Shown one piece after another: positions 1 through 10,024 of a stretch of 64,000 nucleotides of DNA; the first letter of the stretch is position 1; the number at the start of each line of letters is the position of its first letter. Below the pieces are notes generated by a model. The model saw nothing but the letters and a program-made list of their open reading frames with translations, had not been told where the DNA came from and made no database searches. Location of the stretch: the NCBI GenBank assembly GCA_031551355.1, contig JAVBNT010000001.1, positions 64,477 to 128,476 of the forward strand, in the 5' to 3' direction. The position numbers and the translations under genes were made by a program. This DNA comes from Candidatus Xenobia bacterium. GTDB lineage: Bacteria; Vulcanimicrobiota; CADAWZ01.

Positions 1-1
1 G

Positions 2-364
2 CATTTATTTTTTAATGCCTATTGTCTGTTTATCCTGTGTCCGTCGATAGAACGCATTATAAATGTTCCCAGATTTCTGCTGTTATATTTTATGTCCGGA
101 ATTGCCGGGTTTGCGTTGAGTATGATAATGTATCCTGATACGCCTACGGTTGGCGCATCGGGAGCATTGTTTGGGATCATGGCGTCTTATCTGGGTCTTC
201 AGGCCAGAAATCATATTTTTAATGCTGAAGTGATAAAGCAGCTTACTTTTTGGTTTGTTCTCAATATGATTCTTGGTATATTTGTACCTAATATTAATAT
301 ATGGGCACATGTAGGCGGAGCGATAACCGGTTTCCTTTACGCTTACTCCATAAAAAAAGTATAG
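2..364 (+). CDS. Rhomboid-family intramembrane serine protease, C-terminal part. The ORF is open to the window start, so the 5' end lies outside the window.
   Basis: Frame is open from nt 2. GxSG catalytic motif (GASGALFG) and AHVGG histidine motif are present. The sequence is TM-rich. Confidence 0.6.
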   Translation, partial: HLFFNAYCLFILCPSIERIINVPRFLLLYFMSGIAGFALSMIMYPDTPTVGASGALFGIMASYLGLQARNHIFNAEVIKQLTFWFVLNMILGIFVPNINIWAHVGGAITGFLYAYSIKKV

Positions 365-393
365 CCATAGCCATTTTAACCGGGGCTTAGCTT

Positions 394-1770
394 TTGTCTG
401 ACAATAGTTATTGGGAGTTATTGCGTATTATGAAAATAATGGTGTATGGTTCAACGGAAACGGCTTACCGTATTGCCCTTGATTTGTATGAAAGCCATGA
501 TGTCACGATCATTGATGATATTGAAGAAATTCCGGAAAGATTTGCCAAACTGGATTTAAGTTTTGTTTCGGGGACTCCTTCCGATATAGATGTTTTGGAG
601 TCTTCGGGCGTCAGGGATGCCGATGTTTTTATTGCCTGCTGTCCTTTGGATGAGGCAAATATTGTTGCTTCATGGGCCGTTAAAAAGTTTGCCCAAATTG
701 AGACCGTTTGTTTTGTCAGCAAAATGGAATATTACAAAAGTTTTGCCAACATGAAAGGCGGCTTTCAATTTTCCGATATCGGTATAGATTATATTATTTG
801 GCCTGAAGAGGCGCTTGTCCAGACAATTTTCAGAATAATTACCGTTCCGGAAGCAATTGATGTAGAGTATTTTGAAGGCGGTAAAGCCAGGCTTCTGGAG
901 TATAAAATAAAAGAAGACTCCCTGCTTTTAAACAAGGAACTCAAAGATTGTGATTTTCCTGAATCAACTCTTGTTGTCGGTGTAACCAGGAAAAATGAAT
1001 TATTTATCCCCAATGGTTTTACAAAATTGGAACTTGGTGATAAGGCTATATTTATGGGCGCCGACAAAGCGCTTAATATGCTTTCCCGGAAATATTTTTT
1101 GAAAAAGGATGACCGTGTTGAAAATGTGGCCATTCTCGGCGGCGGCAATGTAGGCTTTATGCTTGCCAAAAGGCTTGAAGACGTTGGGATACGCGCAAAA
1201 ATTATTGAAATAAATCCGGAAAGATGTGAATTGCTTGCGGATAAACTGCAGACAACTCTTGTAATAAACGCAGATGCGACCAATATTGAGATCTTTGATG
1301 AAGAAGAGCTTGGTGATTCTGATGTTGTGATGACCGTTACCAATAATGACGAGAAAAATTTGCTGGCATCGCTGCTTGCAAAGCAAAAGGGTGTGCCCAA
1401 AGTTTTTGCCAGAGTAAGCAGTGAAAGTATGATCGATCTTTTTGAACGTGTAGGTGTGGACGTTACCCTGTCCCCCAAAGAAGCGACTTTAAATGAGCTT
1501 AAAAATAAGGTTCTTGATAAGCATACAAATATTTTAGCCGTAGTCGAGCGCGGGCAGGGTGGGGTTATAGAAATGACCGTTCCACACCGTATACATAACA
1601 CTCCCGTTAAAAATATTGATTTACCCCGGCAATCCATTATCGGTATTGTCAGACGCGGGCATAAAATTATTGTTCCCAGAGGCGACACTGTCCTTAAGCA
1701 CGGTGATATTATTATTGTTTTCACAATGGCTGATAATGTTTCCACGTTGAAAGAGTTTTTTCATCAATGA
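394..1770 (+). CDS. trkA: Trk potassium uptake system, NAD-binding peripheral subunit TrkA.
   Basis: 458 aa. Two RCK/Rossmann GxGxxG segments (MVYGSTETAYRIA and VAILGGGNVGFMLAKRL). Translationally coupled to trkH. TTG start in the track. An internal ATG near 433 could be the true start. Confidence 0.85.
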   Translation: MSDNSYWELLRIMKIMVYGSTETAYRIALDLYESHDVTIIDDIEEIPERFAKLDLSFVSGTPSDIDVLESSGVRDADVFIACCPLDEANIVASWAVKKFAQIETVCFVSKMEYYKSFANMKGGFQFSDIGIDYIIWPEEALVQTIFRIITVPEAIDVEYFEGGKARLLEYKIKEDSLLLNKELKDCDFPESTLVVGVTRKNELFIPNGFTKLELGDKAIFMGADKALNMLSRKYFLKKDDRVENVAILGGGNVGFMLAKRLEDVGIRAKIIEINPERCELLADKLQTTLVINADATNIEIFDEEELGDSDVVMTVTNNDEKNLLASLLAKQKGVPKVFARVSSESMIDLFERVGVDVTLSPKEATLNELKNKVLDKHTNILAVVERGQGGVIEMTVPHRIHNTPVKNIDLPRQSIIGIVRRGHKIIVPRGDTVLKHGDIIIVFTMADNVSTLKEFFHQ

Positions 1771-3233
1771 GGCCGAATTATATTTTTGGTGCCCTTGGCC
1801 TTGTTTTAATATATTTTGGTTCTTTGCTGATTGTACCGGTGATTGTTGCCGTATGTTTTTTGGGAGATTTTTATGCGATAGTTCCATTTTTTTTATCCTC
1901 AGGAATTTCTGTGTTTACGGGTTATTGTTTATATAGATTTTCAGGTTATCATAAAAATCTTAATGATTTGAAGAAAAAAGAAGCTTTATTTATTGTAACA
2001 TTTACCTGGGTTTGTATTTCCATTGTGACTGCCATACCTTACCTTTTTTATGGACTTTCACCGATAAATGCTTTGTTTGAAGCTATCTCCGGAGTATCGA
2101 CCTGTGGCGCGACAATATTGTCGGATTTTTCAAAATACCCTAAAGTTTTCTTTTTTTGGAGAGCAATGAGTCAATGGATTGGCGGTATCGGCGTAATTGT
2201 ACTTTTTATCGCTGTTTTGCCTCAATTGGCTGTTGCAGGCCGTCAGTTGTTTTTTGCCGAATCTCCCGGGCCGCAGGAAGATAAGTTTACTCCCAGGGTA
2301 AAAGATACGGCGATGGGCCTTTTGTATATATACATACTGCTTACGGTTGTTGAAGTGGTGGCATTACATCTTACGGGGATGCCGCTTTTCGATTCGGTAT
2401 GTAATTCTTTTGCTACTTTATCTGCCGGTGGTTTCTCTCCCAATCCTTCAAGTATAATGGGGTATAAAAATGATTGGGCTACGCTGATTATCGGTATTTT
2501 TATGTTTTTGTCCGGTGTAAACTTTGCTTTGCAGTATAAAGCAATATTTTGCAGAAATATTAATGCGGTATTGAAAAACGGAGAATTCAGATTTTATTGT
2601 TTTGTTATTTTTTTTGTATCCTTGCTTTTGTCTGTATTGCTATATTTTTCAAACGGTTATCCGTCTGCCGGCCGCAGCTTTTTTGAGGCAATATTCCAGG
2701 TTACATCAATAATAACTTCGACCGGGTTTGCTTCCGTTGATTTCAATCTTTGGAATATGCAGGCAAAAACTTTATTATTTATGACTATTTTTATTGGAGC
2801 ATCAGCCGGTTCTGCAGGTGGAGGTATTAAAGTCATAAGAGTAATGTATCTTTTACAATATCTTAGAAATGAAGTGCTCTATATATTGCATCCTAAAGCA
2901 TCGTTACCTATAAAGCTTGATAATATTGTTGTTCCTAAAGATGTCGGCAGGCAAATTCTTGGTTTTGTTGCGTTTTATTTCCTTATTTTTATTTTAACAT
3001 CGGCTGCTGTTTCCATTATTGAGAACAATCCCACAATAGGAATAACCGGTACAGCGGCAACTCTTGGAGACATTGGTCCCGGATACGACTTAATCGGACC
3101 GATGTCGCATTTTGCACACTTGAACCCGGTTACGAAAATAATTTTTATGTTTACCATGATTATCGGCCGTCTTGAATTAATACCGATATTGGTGATGTTT
3201 CAATCGGATTTTTGGAGAAAAGCGTCTAGATGA
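1767..3233 (+). CDS. trkH: Trk potassium transporter membrane subunit TrkH/KtrB family, copy 1.
   Basis: 488 aa polytopic protein. TrkH-type selectivity-filter-like motifs (TCGATIL, GASAGSAGGG). 4-nt overlap with trkA. Confidence 0.85.
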   Translation: MRPNYIFGALGLVLIYFGSLLIVPVIVAVCFLGDFYAIVPFFLSSGISVFTGYCLYRFSGYHKNLNDLKKKEALFIVTFTWVCISIVTAIPYLFYGLSPINALFEAISGVSTCGATILSDFSKYPKVFFFWRAMSQWIGGIGVIVLFIAVLPQLAVAGRQLFFAESPGPQEDKFTPRVKDTAMGLLYIYILLTVVEVVALHLTGMPLFDSVCNSFATLSAGGFSPNPSSIMGYKNDWATLIIGIFMFLSGVNFALQYKAIFCRNINAVLKNGEFRFYCFVIFFVSLLLSVLLYFSNGYPSAGRSFFEAIFQVTSIITSTGFASVDFNLWNMQAKTLLFMTIFIGASAGSAGGGIKVIRVMYLLQYLRNEVLYILHPKASLPIKLDNIVVPKDVGRQILGFVAFYFLIFILTSAAVSIIENNPTIGITGTAATLGDIGPGYDLIGPMSHFAHLNPVTKIIFMFTMIIGRLELIPILVMFQSDFWRKASR

Positions 3234-4696
3234 GACTGAATTACATTTTTGGTGCCCTTGGGCTTGTTTTAAGATATTTTGGTTTATTAATGCTCGTTCC
3301 GCTGCTGGCAGCTTTATTTTTTGAACGTAGTCTGACTGCAGCTGTTCCTTTTTTTACTGCCTTTCTTTCCTCATCGGTAGTGGGATATTGCTTCTACCGT
3401 TTTTCAGGTTGCTGCAGCAATTTTAATGACCTGAAAAAGAAGGAAGGATTGTTCATTGTTACTATGACCTGGATTTGTGTATCCACCGTGACTGCTATTC
3501 CGTATTTTTTTTATCATTTATCGCCGATAGACGCTTTTTTTGAGGCCGTATCCGGAATTACCACTTGCGGAGCTACTATTTTGACTGACTTTTCTCTTTA
3601 TCCCAGAAGTTTTTTCTTTTGGAGAAGTATGAGTCAGTGGCTGGGCGGCCTTGGTATTATTGTTCTTTTTATCGCTGTTTTGCCGCAGTTTGCCGTTGCC
3701 GGTCGTCAGATGTTTTTTGCCGAAGCACCGGGACCTCAGGAAGATAAGTTTACTCCCAGGGTAAAAGATACGGCAATTGGTATTTTATGTGTATATCTGT
3801 TGCTGACTTTTCTTGAAATAGTAGCCCTCAAACTTGCGGGGATGCCGTTTTTTGATGCTTTCTGCAACACTTTCTCTACAATTGCCGCCGGAGGATTTTC
3901 GCCGAACCCTTACAGTGTGATGGGATATAAAAATGACATGATTACGCTCATTGTTACGGTTTTTATGTTTCTTTCAGGAGTTAACTTTGCGCTTCAGTAT
4001 AAGGCTTTGTTTAACCGTGATATAGGATCAATTCTAAGAAACGGTGAGTTCCGGTTTTATTGTGTTGTGGTCTTGATAGCCTCTATTGTCCTTGCTACTG
4101 TTCTTTATTGGTTCAATAATTACAGCAGCAGCGGCCGCAGTTTTTTTGATGCTGTTTTTCAGATTATTTCCATTATAACTTCAACCGGTTTTGCGTCGGT
4201 TGATTTTAATGAGTGGAATATGCAGGCAAAGGCGGTCCTGTTTTCGGTGATGTTTATCGGAGCTTCCGCCGGTTCCGCCGGCGGCGGTATGAAAATTATC
4301 AGGGTTCAGTATGTGATTGAGTATCTTAAAAATGAAATATTCTATATACTGCATCCTAAGGCAACTTTGCCGATCAAGCTTGATAAAATTGTGATCCCTA
4401 AGGATGTCGGCAGGCACATACTCGGATTTGTAGTTTTCTATTTTTTGATATTTATTATTATTGCAACTATTGTCACCATTGTTGAAAACAATGCCGTTAT
4501 AGGCATCACCGGTACGGCGGCGTCCATAGGAAATATCGGACCCGGGTATGACTTGATCGGACCGATGTCACATTTCGCCCATTTGAAGCCGCTTACAAAA
4601 TTGTTGTTTATGTTCGCCATGCTTATAGGCCGCCTGGAATTGATCCCGATACTGGCGATGTTCCAGGCTGATTTTTGGAGAAAATCCAAGTCCTGA
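3230..4696 (+). CDS. trkH: Trk potassium transporter membrane subunit TrkH/KtrB family, copy 2. Tandem paralog, same length and motifs as copy 1.
   Basis: 488 aa with the same motif order as the upstream gene. 4-nt overlap with it. Confidence 0.85.
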   Translation: MRLNYIFGALGLVLRYFGLLMLVPLLAALFFERSLTAAVPFFTAFLSSSVVGYCFYRFSGCCSNFNDLKKKEGLFIVTMTWICVSTVTAIPYFFYHLSPIDAFFEAVSGITTCGATILTDFSLYPRSFFFWRSMSQWLGGLGIIVLFIAVLPQFAVAGRQMFFAEAPGPQEDKFTPRVKDTAIGILCVYLLLTFLEIVALKLAGMPFFDAFCNTFSTIAAGGFSPNPYSVMGYKNDMITLIVTVFMFLSGVNFALQYKALFNRDIGSILRNGEFRFYCVVVLIASIVLATVLYWFNNYSSSGRSFFDAVFQIISIITSTGFASVDFNEWNMQAKAVLFSVMFIGASAGSAGGGMKIIRVQYVIEYLKNEIFYILHPKATLPIKLDKIVIPKDVGRHILGFVVFYFLIFIIIATIVTIVENNAVIGITGTAASIGNIGPGYDLIGPMSHFAHLKPLTKLLFMFAMLIGRLELIPILAMFQADFWRKSKS

Positions 4697-4878
4697 AATT
4701 TTTGCGCCTATATTTTTCATCGCCTATTTTAACATCTTTTGGTATGTTTATGGGGCGTTTCTGTCTTTCCCTCACAGAGAAGAGGGAGAACACAGAGAGT
4801 TTTACCTGGTATAGAAACCCTTTTCTGTACCTTGCCGATCTTTTCAACGGGTAATGATGTTTTAGGGGTGTTTGCCGA

Positions 4879-5733
4879 CTATTTTGATATCGATATTTTT
4901 GCCGCTGTCAGTATGTTTTTCATCAGCATGCTTATCGTCATCGGCCCTGTTCCGCCGGGGACCGGCGTTATTTTTGCCGCTATTTTTGAGACCTCGTCAA
5001 ATTTGACGTCACCGACCAGAGTTCCGTCTTCCCTGGTATTAGTGCCTACATCTATTACAACGGCGCCGCTTTTTACGAATTTTTCGGTTACAAACTCCGG
5101 TTTGCCTATTGCCGATATCAGGATATCGGCATTCACTGATGCCTCACATGGGTTTTGCGTGTGTGAATGGCACATTGTGACGGTTGCATTTTCATTTAAA
5201 AGCATAAGCGCGGCCGGTTTGCCTACAACTGTACTGCGACCCAGTATAACGGCAGATGTTCCGGCAATACGGATCGATGATGATTTTAACAGTTGTATTA
5301 TTCCCGCGGCAGTACAAGGAGGCAGTTGGCAGTTGCCCATAGCCAGTTTCCCAAGGTTTTCCGGATGACACCCGTCTACATCCTTGTTTGGCAGGATCAG
5401 ACTGACCATTTCCCGGGTATTTATATGCTCGGGCAGAGGCATTTGCAGCATAATCCCGCTGACCGCATTGTCGCCGTTCAGCAAACATATAAGATTTTTT
5501 AATTCTTCTGCGGAAGTGTTAGAACAAATGCGGTGTAAACTGGTTGCAATACCGCATTTGCCGCATCTTCTTTCAATATTTCTTACATAGAGCTCCGACG
5601 GCGGGCTGTTGCCTGCCATTATAATATGAAGCGAAGGAATTACTCCCGACTTGCTGATAAAATTATTAACATCGGCAGACAGTCCGGCATCAATGTTTTT
5701 TGCAATTTCTTTTCCGTTGATTATTTTATCCAT
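4879..5733 (-). CDS. folD: Bifunctional methylenetetrahydrofolate dehydrogenase/methenyl-THF cyclohydrolase FolD.
   Basis: 284 aa. N-terminal MDKIINGKEIA..., internal GRSTVVGKP and PVPGGTGPMT signatures typical of FolD. Confidence 0.85.
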   Translation of the reverse strand: MDKIINGKEIAKNIDAGLSADVNNFISKSGVIPSLHIIMAGNSPPSELYVRNIERRCGKCGIATSLHRICSNTSAEELKNLICLLNGDNAVSGIMLQMPLPEHINTREMVSLILPNKDVDGCHPENLGKLAMGNCQLPPCTAAGIIQLLKSSSIRIAGTSAVILGRSTVVGKPAALMLLNENATVTMCHSHTQNPCEASVNADILISAIGKPEFVTEKFVKSGAVVIDVGTNTREDGTLVGDVKFDEVSKIAAKITPVPGGTGPMTISMLMKNILTAAKISISK

Positions 5734-5737
5734 GTTT

Positions 5738-6916
5738 TTAACTGAACGGTGACATTTTCCTTAATCTCTCTATTATCGGCGGAAATTGCTCGATAACGTA
5801 GTCTATCTCGGCCTCAGTATTGTATTTCCCGAGACTTATCCTTATCGAGCTGTGTGTGTGCTCAATACAGGTGCCTGTAGCAACAAGGACATGCGAAGGA
5901 TCGAGTGATCCGGAGCTGCATGCGGAACCGGTTGAAACTTCTATGCCCACATTGTCCAGCATGTAAAGTATCGACTCGCCTTCAATGAACGAGAACGAGA
6001 TATTAAGAGTATTAGGAACACGCAGCGTAGGATGCCCGTTTACAAATGACTTGGGAATTTTTGCTAACATGGCTTTTTCGAGTTTATCCCTGAGAAAGCG
6101 GACTTTTTCTATTTCCTTATCTCCGTCGCGCATGGCGATTTCGGCGGCTTTACCCATTGCGATTATTCCAATGGTATTTTCAGTTCCGGCCCTTAATCCG
6201 GTTTCCTGATGTCCTCCGGAAATTAAAGGACATACTTTGGTACCTTTTTTTGCGTATAAAATACCGACGCCTTTGGGGGCATACATTTTGTGACCGGAGA
6301 GCGACAGATAATCGACATTCAGTTCCTTTACGTCTATAGGTATTTTCGTCGGCGCCTGAATGGCGTCGGTGTGGAACAGAAGTCCGTTCTCATGTGCTAT
6401 TGCCGCCAGTTCCTTAATCGGCTGGATGGTGCCGATTTCGTTGTTGGCGTACATTATTGACACCAGATCGGCTCTTTTTGCAGCTTCATTCCTGAAAAAA
6501 TCAACATCTACCACTCCGTATTTGTCGACCGGCAGGTAAACGGTTTCCACACCTTCACATTCGAGATGTCTTGCCGTTTCTATGATTGACGGGTGCTCTA
6601 TGCCGGAGGTTATAAATTTTCTGATACTGCTGGTGTTGGCTTCGGGACAGCATTTTTGTCCACACAACATGCTTCTCATCACGATATTATTCGATTCCGA
6701 GCCGCCGCTTGTAAAGACAATCTCTTCCGGAGATGCATTGATGAATTCGGCGATGTTGGAGCGGGCCTCTTCCATCTTATCCCTGGCGACTCTGCCCAGC
6801 GTATGATGACTTGACGGATTACCATAGAGATCCAATGTTTCTATAATTGCCTGCTTGACTTCCTGATCCAGCGGCGTTGTTGCATTATTATCCAAATATA
6901 CTCTCATACTGTTCAC
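5738..6916 (-). CDS. nifS: Cysteine desulfurase, NifS/IscS class V aminotransferase.
   Basis: 392 aa. PLP-lysine motif SGHK and active-site SxxSGSACSSG. Immediately upstream of nifU. Confidence 0.85.
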   Translation of the reverse strand: MNSMRVYLDNNATTPLDQEVKQAIIETLDLYGNPSSHHTLGRVARDKMEEARSNIAEFINASPEEIVFTSGGSESNNIVMRSMLCGQKCCPEANTSSIRKFITSGIEHPSIIETARHLECEGVETVYLPVDKYGVVDVDFFRNEAAKRADLVSIMYANNEIGTIQPIKELAAIAHENGLLFHTDAIQAPTKIPIDVKELNVDYLSLSGHKMYAPKGVGILYAKKGTKVCPLISGGHQETGLRAGTENTIGIIAMGKAAEIAMRDGDKEIEKVRFLRDKLEKAMLAKIPKSFVNGHPTLRVPNTLNISFSFIEGESILYMLDNVGIEVSTGSACSSGSLDPSHVLVATGTCIEHTHSSIRISLGKYNTEAEIDYVIEQFPPIIERLRKMSPFS

Positions 6917-6928
6917 CTTTTTCTTTAA

Positions 6929-7546
6929 TTATATAGAGCACTTTTGGCTGTTGAGCTCTTCCAGAATCTCTTTTGCTTTTTCAATGCACTGGCCGCAGCT
7001 TGTACCTATTTTTGTTTTGGCCTGCAGCTCTTCGAACGTAGAAACGCCTTCCTTGTTATAAAGGTTTTCTATTTCTTCCCTGTCTACATCAAGGCATTTG
7101 CAGATTATTTTCCGCTTTTTCCAAAATATTTTTTCGGGAGTGCCCTTTCTGTTATAATAATCTTCTATTGCCGCCCTCAGGGCCTTGTCCCCGAGAACGC
7201 TGCAATGGAACTTTTGATCGGGTATGCCGCCCAGCGCATCGGCAATATCTTTAGGAGTTATTTTCACTACCTCTTCAATCTTTTTGCCGGTGACCATTTC
7301 GGAAAGCATTGAAGTACTGCCGATTGCCGATGCACACCCGTAGGTTTTCCATCTGCAGTCGGTAATGACTTCATTTTCTCCGACTTTTATATACATTTTC
7401 ATCATATCGCCGCATTTGACGTTACCGACTTCTCCGACTCCGTCGGCATTAAATTCCTCTTCGGGAATATCCAATATATTTCTCGGATTGAAAAAATGAT
7501 CTCTTAATGTTTCAGTATAATCCCATGCCATGCCAATCCCTCCCAT
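6929..7546 (-). CDS. nifU: Fe-S cluster assembly scaffold NifU. N-terminal IscU-like domain plus BFD-like [2Fe-2S] domain.
   Basis: 205 aa. Conserved Cys residues in the U-type scaffold positions. C-terminal CxC...CGQC BFD-like motif. Operon with nifS. Confidence 0.8.
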   Translation of the reverse strand: MGGIGMAWDYTETLRDHFFNPRNILDIPEEEFNADGVGEVGNVKCGDMMKMYIKVGENEVITDCRWKTYGCASAIGSTSMLSEMVTGKKIEEVVKITPKDIADALGGIPDQKFHCSVLGDKALRAAIEDYYNRKGTPEKIFWKKRKIICKCLDVDREEIENLYNKEGVSTFEELQAKTKIGTSCGQCIEKAKEILEELNSQKCSI

Positions 7547-7674
7547 CAGTTTTTGTTTTTATCTGCAATTTATATAGATGCCGGTTTTTATAAAAAGGAT
7601 GGCTGCTTTTTATTTTTTTTCGGAAAAGTTAAAAATTTGACAATTAAATTTTTTAACCTTTAAGTTTTTCCCGG

Positions 7675-8097
7675 TCAGTTGTTGCTTATTGAATCGCGGT
7701 CTATTTCGTAGCCGTCGTCCTGCTCTTCGCTTTCATCATCGTCCATGTTTTCACCCTCATTTTCCGCATCAGGCATTAACGCGCCTTCTTCCTGTATAAT
7801 TGATGAAAGGAATAGATCGTCAAATTCTCCGATCAAATCGGCAAGGTTGAGATAATGAAGCCTGAAATCGGATAACAGTTCCAGCATGCTTTCGCGATCG
7901 TTCTTTTCTATAATCCTTGGTGTTATTCTGGTGTAGATATTCTTTGCCGCGGTCATTATTTCTGCAAGGCGGTAGCAAATTGATTCCTTATGCTCTTCTT
8001 CAAGGCATTTTTCCTGTTTAATTTTTTCATGAAAAATTTTCATCAGTGCCTGAGACTGTTTTAAATCTTCTTCAAAAGTATTTTTATTATCTTCCAT
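7675..8097 (-). CDS. Hypothetical small cytoplasmic protein with a highly acidic C-terminus.
   Basis: 140-aa ORF with a D/E-rich tail. No recognisable motif. Confidence 0.4.
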   Translation of the reverse strand: MEDNKNTFEEDLKQSQALMKIFHEKIKQEKCLEEEHKESICYRLAEIMTAAKNIYTRITPRIIEKNDRESMLELLSDFRLHYLNLADLIGEFDDLFLSSIIQEEGALMPDAENEGENMDDDESEEQDDGYEIDRDSISNN

Positions 8098-8127
8098 AAT
8101 TCTTTCTCCGTTTTATTGTTTTTTACA

Positions 8128-9714
8128 TTAGAGTCCCGGTATTGTTACAGGTGAAATTCCCGTTGCCGCATATTCTCCAAAAATTATCCCGGCAACGCAT
8201 TCCATCGAAATCCGCCCGTGGTTGTAGCAGTTTATATATGTTGAGACCCAGGGAATACTGCTTAATATATACGGGCTGCTTAACGAAATGACGATCGTTT
8301 TTTCGTTGTATGACTGTATTTTTGCGGCAACATTTTTCTGCGCATCACCTAGCAGTCCGTTGGCATACAGGCAGAGTATTATGCAGTCGGCCTCGCCGGC
8401 CTTGACGTCAAGTTCCTTGATGTTTATTTCTCCTGATTTGATACCAAACCATACGGTGTCAACTTTTCCTGCTCTTTGGGCGGCAAAATTCTGCAGGGTA
8501 GGTGGTATTATTGCTTCGCCCTGGGGGGAGGGCGGAATGTATTCGGGAGAAACAAGCAGTACCTTTATTCCCTGTTTTAGCGGGATAATATTTCTTTCAT
8601 TGCGCACAACCGTTATGGATTTTGATGTTATTTCTTTTATTACCTGCTCGGTTTCAGAGGCAATAGCACCTGTGTGGGAAACGTTCGCTTTTTCTCTCAG
8701 TCTTGCTGTTCTCAGAAATGACTTTTGGAGTAAATCCCTGCTCAGCCTGCCTGTTGTAAGCGCGCTTTCCATTGTCTCAAGCGCCTGCATTTTTTCTTCT
8801 CTGCTGCCGCAGAGCATAACGATATCGGCCCCGGCCTCAAAGGCCATCACGGCTGCTTCCGAATATCCGAAATATTTTTTTATACCCTGCATGGACATCG
8901 AATCGGTAATAATAACGCCGTCAAACCGGAGTTTATTTCTCAGATATCCTGTTAATACATTTTGTGAAAGCGTTGCCGGAATGCAAGCTTCCTTGTCTAA
9001 TGCCTCAAAGTATATATGTGAGGTCATAATCATGTCTACACCGCAGTCAATGGCGCGTTTGAAAGGTACTATTTCACATGCTTCCAGTTCTTCAATTGTT
9101 TTGTTTATCGCCGGCATCGTGAAATGACTGTCAAGGCTTACATCACCATGTCCCGGGAAATGTTTGGCACATGTAATCATTCCTTCGGCTTTGGTGCCTT
9201 TGATGAAATGTTCCACAAAATCGGCCACTTTCTGCGGATTTTCGCCGAAAGAGCGGGCGCCGATAATAGGATTCATTGGGTTTGAGTTGACGTCTGCCAC
9301 AGGAGCAAAGTTGATGTTAAAGCCGAGTTTTAGGAGATCGGCTGCACATATTTGCCCTGATATTTCCGCATTCTTAGGGTCATCGGTTGCACCCAGAGCC
9401 ATATTCCCGCACAGCGGAGTTGTGGTGGCAAATGAAAATCTGGTTACGATTCCGCCCTCATGATCGGAGCCTATGAACATTGGAAGATAAGGTTCCTTAC
9501 TGCAGGATATGTCTTTGAGATTTTTATTAAGTTCTTTTAATTGCTTTTCATTTTTAATATTTTTGGCAAAAAGTATCACTCCGCCCCAGGGGGTAGCCTG
9601 ATAATCATTTGCCAGATCTCTGCCTGCATAAGTTTCCGGAATGTCTACCATTATCAGTTGGCATATCAGTTCCCTGTCGGTCAGCCGGTTAGCTTTTTCT
9701 GTAAGTTCTTTCAT
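8128..9714 (-). CDS. Glycoside hydrolase family 3, NagZ-like beta-N-acetylhexosaminidase with a C-terminal extension.
   Basis: 528 aa. GH3 N-terminal domain motifs (GGVILFAKNI, FIGSDHEGG, KHFPGHG, catalytic region ITDSMSM). Confidence 0.7.
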   Translation of the reverse strand: MKELTEKANRLTDRELICQLIMVDIPETYAGRDLANDYQATPWGGVILFAKNIKNEKQLKELNKNLKDISCSKEPYLPMFIGSDHEGGIVTRFSFATTTPLCGNMALGATDDPKNAEISGQICAADLLKLGFNINFAPVADVNSNPMNPIIGARSFGENPQKVADFVEHFIKGTKAEGMITCAKHFPGHGDVSLDSHFTMPAINKTIEELEACEIVPFKRAIDCGVDMIMTSHIYFEALDKEACIPATLSQNVLTGYLRNKLRFDGVIITDSMSMQGIKKYFGYSEAAVMAFEAGADIVMLCGSREEKMQALETMESALTTGRLSRDLLQKSFLRTARLREKANVSHTGAIASETEQVIKEITSKSITVVRNERNIIPLKQGIKVLLVSPEYIPPSPQGEAIIPPTLQNFAAQRAGKVDTVWFGIKSGEINIKELDVKAGEADCIILCLYANGLLGDAQKNVAAKIQSYNEKTIVISLSSPYILSSIPWVSTYINCYNHGRISMECVAGIIFGEYAATGISPVTIPGL

Positions 9715-10024
9715 TTCTTATTCTCCCTGTTGGTCTTTGAGCCCCTTGCTTATTGATGTTCAAAAAACTCTTGATTTTTTCTCCCTCTCACCCCTCTTTT
9801 GCCGGAGTGAGTATGGGGTGAGGGGTTAATATGAATACCGTTTTATTATTCTAGTATTTTCCGTCGCTAAACCTTTAAAATTCATATAAGTATAACATAA
9901 TTGGCCAACAAAGGCATATGCATCGTAATTTTTATATTGCTTTAAAATTTGAAGGTAGATGTTATTTTAAAAAGAATTGTTTATTTGTGTTTTTGTCATT
10001 AAATGATTTTGTCAGGAGGTTGTT

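Noticed and set aside
789-1745. 318-aa antisense ORF inside trkA, plus similar long antisense ORFs at 4739-5368, 8288-9127, 35958-36713, 38474-39028, 45157-45597 and 49008-49475.
   Set aside because: Each is fully embedded opposite a well-supported gene, has low-complexity S/L/P-rich composition and has no RBS. They are typical shadow ORFs.
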